DNA from: Lama glama | Lineage: Eukaryota | Direction: 5' to 3' | Assembly: GCA_028534125.1 (NCBI GenBank) | Contig: CM052816.1 | Coordinates: 2,170,001-2,232,000, forward strand | DNA: 62,000 bases | Shown here: in pieces, positions 38,121-48,451 of the stretch | How the letters are laid out: the number at the start of each line of letters is the position of its first letter | Numbering within the stretch: the stretch's first letter is position 1 | Notes under the pieces: generated by a model | Database searches by the model: none | Told to the model about the DNA's origin: nothing | Seen by the model: only the letters and a program-made list of their open reading frames with translations | Program-made: the position numbers and the translations under genes

Positions 38121-39371
38121 GCAGTTGATGTTTCTGTGGTTATTGTGATTATCACCAAAACTTGGGAGCAGCCACCTGAATGCTCTGCTTCAGGGGCCCC
38201 TTCCTGCTGAGGTAGCGACTGGGGAATAAGTCAGGGGAGCAGTTAGAGGCAGGTGGGAAACAGGTGGTGGCTGTCTTGTTGGAAAAATTAAGGGTCGGAT
38301 ACAGGCAACCAAGTCTCAAGCCCATTGCTCCTGTTACCACCAAGTCAGAACTACTCAGCGCTCTCTCATCCCAGGTGCCAGACAGTTCTTTTCTGTTTTT
38401 CCCCTTCTGAGCTGCCCTTACTGTTAATTAAAATTTGATTTGAGTAGGAAAGAAAGCGTTGGAGTAGAAAGTGATGGAGGGGAAAGGACACAGCATGATT
38501 TGTTTCCACAGCCCCCACCTCCCCTCCCCCCGGCGCCCCAGGCCTCCGGGGTGATGGCCCTGATACTACTTTCATATATGCCTTTGGGTCCAGATGTCCC
38601 TGAAAATAAATAAATAAAACCCCAGAGGGAAAATCATCAGCTCTTCTTCTCAGATAAGTACCTGCCGATTCTTCTGGTCCAAAAATGAGGTTGTGTAAAA
38701 ACGCCTTGCAGAGGATGGAGGACGCTCACAGGCAGAAGATGCACGGGACACATCTGGAGAGAACCCCAGCTGGGAACCCGAGGGCCTGACCATCTGCCAG
38801 AGGGCCAGATGCTGCTGCTGGAAGCCTCTCGCCTCCTGGCTTGTCATCTGGGTCCGATAATGCCATCCAAAAGAGGGACCACAGAGTGGGCGGGCAGTGA
38901 GCAATCCATCTTCTCCCACCCACAGTTTTTAATTGTGTGACATGGCCTGGGGGCACGGGAAAGGGGATTAAAACGTTTGCCCACAAAGCCACGCCTTCCT
39001 CATGGAAAAGGCCACCCTAAAACACATGGCTCTGGCCACCCAGAATGTATAAAAAATTATTCCACGAAGTAGCCCTTTCTTATCCTTTAATCTAAATAGA
39101 ATCTAAATAGAGAGGTTTAGCTGTGTAGTTGTCAGTGGGAATGGCCATCCTCCATCAACTTGGGAGTGTCTGGTGAGTTTGTAACCAACTGCATCAGTCC
39201 TTAGATTATAGGATTTCCCGTGTTGCAAGTGTTCTTCCTATTAACAGCTTTGGTATCTGATTTTGGCTAAAGCAGATCATTGGGATTCAGAGGGCCATCC
39301 TCTTCTCTTTCCCCTGTAGAAGCAATCAAGAGTCTGTGCATATGGCACTCATAAAAGGAAAATGATCAAAA

Positions 39372-39405
<34 letters not shown>
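39372..39405. repeat. Compound (TC)5(AC)12 microsatellite
   Basis: Read directly. Confidence 0.95.
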
Positions 39406-40864
39406 GGCTGTTAAACTCTGGATGAGATTACTGCTTCATGTGATTTCCACCATTCAAGAATGTCTTTCTGCCTCATAACTGCCCACTGACAGTCCTACAC
39501 AAGCAACCTGGTAAACACAGTAGAATTATCTCTTACCTTGTCTATATATTTTATGCCAAATCCATAGACACCTAGGAAAGTCTTAGCAATGGCATGTTTT
39601 CAACGCCAGGAAATGGTTGTATATTATATCTTTACGCTACTGTATATGCTTTAATTTAGAAAGAATTGCAGTATTTTTCTGGATATTGGCAAGGCTGAAA
39701 TTGTTTTAATTTTAAAGAGGCACTTGGTGGAATAGTTTAATGTGTAATTTTTAAGCTCCTGTAATTATCCAGACATATGGTTGTGTAAGTCAAGGACTGA
39801 GAGATGGTTATCTGTATCCAGCAGCACCGGGAGGATTTTAGTGGGTAAATCTGCACCCTAAGGGCTGCTGGTTACCCTCCCTTCATTAGGAGATTGGGGC
39901 ACCTTGTGCTGAAACCTTGCTGTCACTGTTCATTGTGAGCAAGCTGGGGTGTCACTGTGGAGAGGAGCTGTCGTAAGCCTCATCTCAAGAGTTTTCTGTT
40001 CTCAGGGCTGGTAGGACGACCAGCTTAGACTGCCTCCCACTGCCCTGCAACCTGGGTCCTTCCTCAAGCTTCATTGTCTTAGTGAGTTGCAACTTCTGCT
40101 CATTAGAAAAGCTAGGTTCCTGAGAGAGAGAAAAGATAATCCGCTGCTTATGGTGGGGATTCAGCCTCACTGGCTGCAATGCGACTAGTGGAAATTCTGA
40201 GGTTTTGAAAATAGCAGAAGTGGGAAAAATGAAAATGTGATGTCGATTTATATTCAACCTTGTCCTCTGTCCTTCTAAGGCTGACAAATGTCCCAATAAG
40301 AAAAACCTCTGGTATTGGGTTGTTGGAAAAAAATAAAAGCTACGTTTTGAAAATGAGAAGAAATATCTTGCTGTAAGACTGGGCAGATACCTCACGGCTC
40401 CATGATGGAAAGAACTTCTGATTCTGGTCAGTGATTCGTCTCATCGGCCTTGGGCACATTTGACTACAATGAGTAATTTCTGAGAAAGTATCATGAGGGG
40501 GAGGAACTTTTCTGCCAGCGTCAGAAATTCTTACGTCTGATGTCAAATGTGTAGTAATGATGGGGAACAGTTGCCAGTGCAAATATTGGCAAGAGAAGGG
40601 CAGCTAGTGAGATCAAGAAAGACCGGGGACCTTCGACTCAACGTGGATGTCTCTGGTGTTCGGTGGCTAATTACATACTTCCTATAATGATGCCACGTTT
40701 TTGATATTGCTTTAATGTTTACAGTTTCAAAGACCAAGGGTAAGCTTAGAAGGCATGGTCCTTAAATAGCAAGAGGTGAGAGTCTTCTGGGGAACTGGAC
40801 TCTGGCAAAACACTTCCTATCACACAGTTTCAGAATTGGCAATGACCTTAAACCATGGCGAACA

Positions 40865-40995
40865 GTAATGGGTAGCGCCTGTCAATCACTCCAGACACTT
40901 TGTCTGTCGACTTTCGTGTGTTGTCTCATTTCCTCCTCACTGCAGCCCAGCAGAGGTATATTTATATCCCCATTTTCCATTGCTGAAGCTCACAC
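40865..40995 (-). mobile_element. MIR fragment
   Basis: ccagacact, tgtctcatttcctcctcac, atccccatttt. Confidence 0.7.
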
Positions 40996-41359
40996 CACCC
41001 TTCACTGGTTGAGACAATCATTTTGCTCCTTTCCCTGATCTTATAAGAGGAAGGTGAAAGTGGACTTGGCCCAAACAGCCCTGGAACCTGGGGCAGAACT
41101 CGGACGTGAAGCTGAATTTTGCAGCTCTAGGCCAGTGTTCTTTCCACCATTGGATGGTGGCTCTTCTGAAATTTTGTTGCGTGTGGTTAGTATTGTCGAC
41201 TCGAGGAGTTCATTTATTAGTTTCACGTATGTATTAGCTCTTCTCTTGAACTTGATGCAAATATGAATGATTTTAGTTGATTTTAGTGCTGAGTGGCTAG
41301 TAGGTGCTTGATAAATACAAAACAACTGCTCAAAATGTCTCAAGTTAAATATGCGTTGG

Positions 41360-41520
41360 GCTGAAGTCAAGGGACAAACGTTCTGGCCCTGCCTCCGTGA
41401 CTGCCTGGCTGTGTGATCTTGGGCACATCTCTGAATCTCCAGTTGAGCCACCTGGTTATGTTAGGTAGGAGGGAAGACGTTCAGGATTCTCCTCATCTCC
41501 CTAGGAGAGAAATGAGATGT
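41360..41520 (+). mobile_element. MIR fragment
   Basis: ggctgtgtgatcttgggcacatctctgaatctc. Confidence 0.65.
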
Positions 41521-41699
41521 CAAAATTGGGAAGCCTTTGAGTTTTTTTCTACAAAAAGTTATAAAAATCTTATTTGAGGCATTTTGGCTGCCATTTTGAT
41601 GGACTAATGGCAGAAGGTGGCAAGATGACGGAAAAACAAAGCACCCGCCCACGTGAATATATCCTATGTGTGTAAGTCTGTACAACACACCAGCGCAAC

Positions 41700-41910
41700 A
41701 TCAGAGAAATCATACAGTTCAAGTCCCAACTTCTGCCACTTAGTTGTGTGACCTTGAGCAAATTACTCAAGCGTCTTGAGCTTTGATTTCTTCATCAGGA
41801 AACTATTGGTAAGAGCACTCCCTTTAAACAAGATTCAACAAGAGAATTAGGAAAAGTAAGTAGCACATGGGACGTTATGCATCATCAGGAAAGGCAGCTA
41901 TGACTATTAC
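41700..41910 (+). mobile_element. MIR SINE
   Basis: gttcaagtccca, tctgccacttagttgtgtgaccttgagcaaattactcaa, tttcttcatc. Confidence 0.88.
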
Positions 41911-42346
41911 TATGGAATGAGGCGTTTATTGAGTATTTAGTTTTTCAGAAATGTGTACAAAGACTAAGGAGATGCAGTAAAGTGTGGGGCAGGGCCGCTG
42001 CCCTCTGGATGCTTACTACCTAATCTGTCAGAGATGAAAAAACCTGCATACCGTCAGCATAGAAAATACTATTATACAGAAGATAAATGAATAATATAAT
42101 CCTCCACATAGGATCATACCATGCTTCTCAAAAGCTCTTTATCCTCGAGTGATTAAGGGATGTTTTATTTTGATTGCAAGTGATTTGAAACTTGGTTTCT
42201 GTGAAGAGTAAACAATTCGTATCATTATTCCCTTATTGTCTTTGTGTCTAAAGGATCTTTCCTTGTTCAGCCTGCCTTTGCCCTTAATTTTTCTTTCATA
42301 TGTTATCTGTTGTGTAGAATAATTTGGAATTTCTCTCTTTTCTTCC

Positions 42347-42402
42347 TTTTTTTTTTTTACTTTTTTTATTGAGTTATAGTCATTTTACAATGTTGTGTCA
42401 AA
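42347..42402 (-). mobile_element. Extremely 5'-truncated L1 (about 55 bp including tail)
   Basis: Poly-T plus attgagttatagtcattttacaatgttgtgtcaa resembles the reverse complement of the L1 end at 6297-6340; TSD ttctctcttttcttcc 42331-42346 vs ttctctcttcttttcc 42403-42418 (14/16). Confidence 0.8.
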
Positions 42403-42814
42403 TTCTCTCTTCTTTTCCATCCTTTTTGACCCTCTTCCTCTTCCTCATCCCTCTCTTTTCTTTTTTTGCTGCATCAAGAATGCATTTTAGGAGAAGCAAT
42501 GCTGGAAGGTGTCAGTAGTCCCTGAAGTATAATGTGGCTGATCTCGGGAGTTTTAATTTTAGAACTTGGAAGCTGCACATCAACAGCTGGTTGGGGAACT
42601 CAGACTACTCAAACTTCAGATATGTTTACAGACTGGGAGAGATTTCCACCTCTGTCTCAAGGGATCCAGGTTACAGGTTAGATAGTTCAGGCTATAACAG
42701 ACTTCAGAATCTCCCTTGTTTGGGTCAGTCCTCCCTGTTTCAATTGCTTACCTCTGTGCCCTCAGAAGTCTGTTACTTATTGGTGATCCGCCACTAGAAT
42801 GACAGCATTGTCCT

Positions 42815-42980
42815 CGAGCCCTGACCTGGAAACATACCTTCCCTCCTTTAAGCCCCAGTCTCCCCATCTGCAGGTTGGGCACAAAACTCAGGATAGTTGT
42901 GAGTGTTAAATGGGTGAATGCATGTAAAATGCTTGGGGTACGTAGTGAGCACTCAGTAAATGTTAGCTGAAGTTATTATA
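42815..42980 (+). mobile_element. MIR SINE
   Basis: agccccagtctccccatctg, gttgtgagtgttaaatg, atgcatgtaaaatgctt, gagcactcagtaaatgttagct. Confidence 0.88.
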
Positions 42981-43324
42981 GCATCGTCATTATTGTAAAA
43001 CGCCTCCAAAATATTATTTTCTTCACTGCTTTTCACACTTGCAAAATGCTGTGCAGAGCGTCCTGCTCCTGGTGAATGATCAGTGGATAATGTTGATGAG
43101 CAGCGTTTCCTACTGGCACTGACTTATTACTGATGTTGAGGGGCCTAGAAAGGAAAATGATAGTCTATTTTCTTCAGTTGGCAGGTGAGGAGGTTTGGAC
43201 AAGATTCTGAAAGAGATTTGGGCACTCATTATGGTTTTGTTTATAACATTTGATGTTCCCCTTCATCCATTCCACTGGTGGAGTGTCATGTAATACACAG
43301 TGTGTGTGGTACATGGTCTGTATT

Positions 43325-43403
43325 TCCTTTCTAAAATCTAAAGAATTCTGAACTGTGAAACATATGTGGCTCCTTAAGGGGTTCAGATGGCGGACTGTAG
43401 ATT
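43325..43403. mobile_element. TcMar-Tigger (MER46-like) terminal fragment
   Basis: aaaatctaaagaattctgaactgtgaaacatatgtggctcc...ggggttcagat resembles a recalled Tigger-type end. Confidence 0.45.
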
Positions 43404-43419
43404 CCGAGATGTGGAAGAA

Positions 43420-43560
43420 TTTGTGCTTTGTAATGCTTTCATATACATTAGCCCATCTGATGGTTGCAAAAGTCCATTGAAATCGGTAGGGTAGGCATGA
43501 GCCCCGTTCTATGCATGCGGGAATGGAGATTCAGAGGTTCTATGACCTTCCCTTGACACA
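43420..43560 (-). mobile_element. MIR fragment
   Basis: atgctttcatatacattag, ggtagggtaggc, atggagattcagaggtt. Confidence 0.65.
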
Positions 43561-46087
43561 GTAAATGGCTGAGTTCTTTCTACCACACTCTGCTCTTTGT
43601 GAAGCTGAAGGAACAAGTAATCCTGCCAGTAAGACCATGGAGGAGGTGATACCAGGCTTGAACTTTATAGGATGGGTCAGTCTCTAGATCCACAAGTAAC
43701 TGTAGAGAGGGAGGCACTCATGATTCTTGCCTTGGGAACTTCTTCATGTCACAGAGAATAATCTGCCTCTTGACTTAACCCGGCGTAGTTTCAAGAGGTA
43801 TGAAAAAATAAATCTGAAAGGGATAAAGATGTATTTAGGTTTTAAGAGAATTTTACTTCTTTATTTCTCTACCCTCTATCTGGTATTTCCTCATGTTTGT
43901 GAATATAGATGATTTTCAAGAACCAACGGAAAAAACCTAAATACCCTGTTCCCTAACTCAAGCTCGGAAAAAGAACAGAAATCAGATTTGATTCAAATGA
44001 TACATATTCTCCCAGCCTTATAGTTTTGCATGAGAATTGCATGGGGAAATTTAAAAATTGTTTCACTATACGTAACAAATACCCTGAGGACCCTGCCATT
44101 TTTGCCTGGAACTTGGACGAGGCATTTTAGCCAGCAGGTTCATTTTTCAGGAGCGACTCTTTTTCCTTTGGTCATTTGCAGGACTTGTAGTCTTTTGGCC
44201 AGAACTGCATAAAATACATTTTAAATGAAGCTTCTCAATCCTCCCCCACCAGTACCCCACCCCCCCCTTTTTTTTTAATGACTTAAGCTTCGATTATTTT
44301 AAATGTTTTAACAGAGCCTTTTGAAGAACACCACATCTCTGCAACATTTCTCAGATAATACTGTCCTAACCCCTGGAACACAAGCCCCATTTTGAAACAG
44401 TAATTTGGTCCCTGAAGGGCCCTTCGGGCTCTGTCCTGCTGCCTGCCCAGGCTGAGCTGTCTAGGAACAGAGTCCAAGACGAGTGGGGCTGGATTTATGC
44501 AGAGTAATTTAAAGCCTCCTGCCTGTTCTTGTCTTCCTTTAGAGAATATACTTGGAAATTCATTTTCAGTCTCAAGCATTCTTGGGACACCTGATTTCGT
44601 GGTTTTTGTTTTCTTCCTTCCCCTTTGTAGGACCTTTATTAGAATGCTGATGAACCTTGGCCTCAGCAAAGGATTAAGTGAGCAGATTCTTCGAGTAATA
44701 AATCTAAAGACATATTAAAAGCAAGGAAAAGGGATTTCCCCAGTGTTTTGGAGGGGGATTTATAAGTGCCAAAGGCTAAACAACTTACAAGAGAAGTAAG
44801 ATTGCTCCTTTTTCCAACCTGGACATGTTCTAATATTGTGACACAGGGTGGAATTAAGCTGGCTTACTAAGTAGAAACATGTAACATAATTGAAAATGCA
44901 CAATTCAGAGAGGAATTCTCAGCACAGCCATGTCCTGTTGTAAAGATTACGCTGATTTATAAGGAATGCCTTAGCTCCTAATCCCAGCCATGCAAGACCA
45001 CACAGTCGAGTCTTTTATAACCAGGGAAAGAGAAGAAAGGGCTTAATAATATATTTGCCCAAAATTGAATATACATTTGGAATTGGTGGTTGAGCAGGCC
45101 ATTCATTTCTTCTAAAACAATGTAGCAATGAAAACATTTTTATTACGTTTTGACGTGTGGATTTTCAAAGAAGTTCAGGCGTTCTCTATCTCAGAAATGA
45201 TGGGTATAGCCAAATCGCGGAAGAGTAATGAAAATGAATGGTGTGTGGGGGAGAAGAATAAATACTGTGGGACATAAACTGCTTAGAAAAGATCTGCAAA
45301 GAAGAAAAGTGTCAGGCTGCTGGAAATAAAACCAAAGGAATAACCTTATGTGTAAAGTCAGGCTTAGAAAAAACTGAGGTCTAAGGGGACCTTGGAGTTC
45401 ATGCTGAGGGAGCAAAATCATCATGGCTTGAAATCAAGGATAATAAAGAATAGAAATCGAGTGCACCATTTCTTTCTTTTTCCTTTTTTTCTTTTTCTTT
45501 TTGTAAAGCATAACTTCAGGAAGAGTCGTATCATATGCTCTGATCAGTGTGGGGAATTTTGAGAGCTTGTTTGTGCATCAGGGCAACGGATTCCAGCCTT
45601 GGCCAAGCTCCAAGTGGTCTGTTGATCCTTCCCCTCTAACTTGTTCCCTTCCTACCTATGAGACGGGGAAATCAGACTTATCACTCACACCGAATTAGAT
45701 GACATGTAGGTGGGAGAAGGCGATACTGTGTGTGTGTAGGGATAAAATGGGGGGAAAGATCTTTGGAAGAGAATGTTCCCTGGTAGGCTGCACATAGTAA
45801 TTGTGCACCAGATCAATAAGGGCCACACTAGTGCATATACAAAGCAAGGAGGGTATTTGATTGCGCAGTTGGGGAAAAAATAAATAAACAAATATTTTGA
45901 AATAAAATAAAAACAAAGCCAGTATTGACCTTTGCTTCATTTGCTTTTCAGTGAGATGAAAAGAATGAAAAATAAAATGCACCCAAAGATTCCTAGTCCA
46001 TAGGAATTAGAAAGCTGTAGAGTAAGAGAGAGTTGACTACTCGAGACATTTCCAGTTTAGAACTTACTGAGCCAAGCATAGCTAATT

Positions 46088-46206
46088 TGTGTGCGTGCAG
46101 TGTCCACATACATACACACATACACGCACATGTGCAACGTGCACACATATATACATGTGTGTTCATATGTGGGCACACATATACACATGTACAGACACAC
46201 ACGCAC
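46088..46206. repeat. Degenerate (CA/TA/TG)n alternating purine-pyrimidine low-complexity tract
   Basis: catacacacatacacgcacatgtgc...acacacacgcac. Confidence 0.85.
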
Positions 46207-46303
46207 TATTTAGCTGGCTCTAGGAGAAAAAATGCCCAGAGAAATAAAGATTAGCCTGAAGCTGAGACTAGGGAAGGGGTGGCTCTGGCAATGGCAAGGC
46301 TTA

Positions 46304-46549
46304 AGCACCGAATCTACTTTAATTCCGAAGGAAATAGCAGGGGAGGGCTGCTGGGCAGATTTATTTTTTGTTTGCAGAGAATGTGCGTTGGGGGGAAAAT
46401 ACACACACATATATCAACAGGAGAGGAAAGGGGTTTTGCTACTGCAGGAGGAGGAGGAGGAGGTCCTCCTCACAGTTACAGGGGTGTGATTCCAACTGAA
46501 GCCAATTTTCATTTCACTGAGTTTTCTAACTTCAGAAGCTGGCAAAAGA
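46304..46549 (+). repeat. Copy A of an old local direct duplication
   Basis: Aligns to 48210-48451; 46335-46383 is identical (49/49) to 48241-48289; 46503-46538 matches 48405-48440 at 34/36. Confidence 0.97.
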
Positions 46550-47689
46550 TGGGAATGGTATCTTAAAAGCCAAAATAAAGCAGCGGCAAGAAGACGACTT
46601 GGGGTTTAAAAAATACCACTCCACTGCCCCCCAAATCAGAAAGCATTGTTGTGCTTAAACGAGGACAATCACAGACCCAAAACTGAGTGTGAACTGTGGG
46701 AAGTGATGTGCGTCGACATCCCCTGACGTCAGAATCATCTGTGATTCTTTTGTGGAAAAGAGACTATAAGATACCAGTTTGTTTTCTGGATTAGCTTCCT
46801 GAACGGACAGAAGGTCTGTCTGGTACTCCGAATTCAAGGCGTTTGATTTGTCTTGAACATTTCAGTCGGGGAGAGAAGATGGACAGTGGCCCTTTGAATG
46901 CCCATCATGAGATAGACGCTAGCCCAGGGTGCAGGGAAAGAACAGGGCTGCTAAGTGGCAGTAAGTCACAGCGTGAAGACTTGGCTAAAAGAAGGGCAGA
47001 ACGAATGCCATCAAAACTTGTGAAGTTTTATTTTAAAATGTTAAATAGAACACCTACACCTTCAAGAGTGACCCACACCCAAGTCAGGAGAACATGGCAT
47101 GATCTCAGAGGCAGAATATTGAAACTCTTGTCTGTTTGACACCAGGCCCAGCAGCAGGGGGGTGGGGCTGGGAGGAGGGACCAAAAACAAAGGCAGCAGA
47201 CAAAATGAAAAGTGTAAATAGAAGTACTGAGTATACAGTAACCTAGAGGAAATTACTATAATGTTGCTCTCAGCTCGTGTCTCCATTTGTAACAATGAGA
47301 AAGAAATGACTGAGGTGTGTGAGATAACGCTATAGGAGTCCCATGGTTTAGACAGGAAAAAGGCCTGTGTCTTTAGGAAAGAAAAACAAAAAACTAATAG
47401 GGGCCTGTTGGGAAGCCTGGACGGTCCTGAGGGGCATAAAGAAGTGGCCGATGGCTATTTGTTTTGGTGTCAAACATGGGATAAGGGCTTTTAAATGAAT
47501 GAGCAAATGGAGATGATCTTTGACTTTCTTCGTAGGAAAAGCATAATTACTACAAAGAGTAAAGCTCTTGTGGCCAGAACAACAGGGATTAAACAATTGA
47601 AAAATACATAAGTACATTATTTAGGGAAAAAAACAATATTGTTGGATCCCTTATAATATTCCTTGTGTGAAAGTTTTTGCTTCGCAACA

Positions 47690-47790
47690 CTCTTTTGCAT
47701 TTAGCGTATATATTTCCATTCTATTCCTCACAACAACCTGGGGGATTAGAAGGGTGAATATTATTATCTCCAATTAACAGGAGAAGAAAA
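47690..47790 (-). mobile_element. MIR fragment
   Basis: attcctcacaacaacctg, atattattatctccaattaacaggagaagaaa. Confidence 0.75.
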
Positions 47791-48209
47791 GTAGAAAAAG
47801 GGAATAGAGAAGACCTAGATTTTGCTTTGGCTGTGTTGGTAGTTCACTCTGTCTCTTCACCAATTCCCTTTATCCCTCGGGACCTTGCATCTGCAAAATA
47901 AGAGTGTTTGAGCAAATAATTGATGGGGCCTTTCAGCTCCAAATTCTAGGAATCATTGATTGCCTAGTATTCCTAATGAATGAGGGATACCGCAGGTTGA
48001 AATTCTATTTTCTTGGCTCGGCATCATCATTGCTTTTGTTGCGTTCATTCTCAAGCTTTCTACTCATCTCTGCCAACATCTCTGAGGATTCGCTCTCCCC
48101 CGCCCCATAGGCGCCATTAGGCCTGAGAGCAATTACTAGGACTTGAACACATTTACTTCTGAATTTAAACCTTAAGAAATCAAAGCAGAATGACAGTGTG
48201 AACGCCTCT

Positions 48210-48451
48210 AGTACTGAGTCTGCTTTGATCCCAAAGGCAGTAGCAGGGGAGGGCTGCTGGGCAGATTTATTTTTTGTTTGCAGAGAATGAGCGTTAGGGG
48301 GAAAATACACACACACATATCAGCAAGAAGGGAGGAGGACTTTGCTCCCGCAGGAGAAAGAAGGGCTCCTTCTCAGAGTTATTGAGGTGTATTCCTGTTG
48401 AAATCAATTTTCATTGCACTGAGCTTTCTAACTTCAGAAGTTGACGAAAGA
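48210..48451 (+). repeat. Copy B of the local direct duplication (offset about 1.9 kb)
   Basis: See copy A; same orientation, flanks about 70% identical. Confidence 0.97.

Noticed and set aside
46360..46549. Twin copies as plus-strand mutually exclusive exons (ttttttgtttgcag acceptor in both)
   Set aside because: The best conservation lies on the intronic side, the downstream sequence has indels and an AC run, and there is no convincing shared donor.
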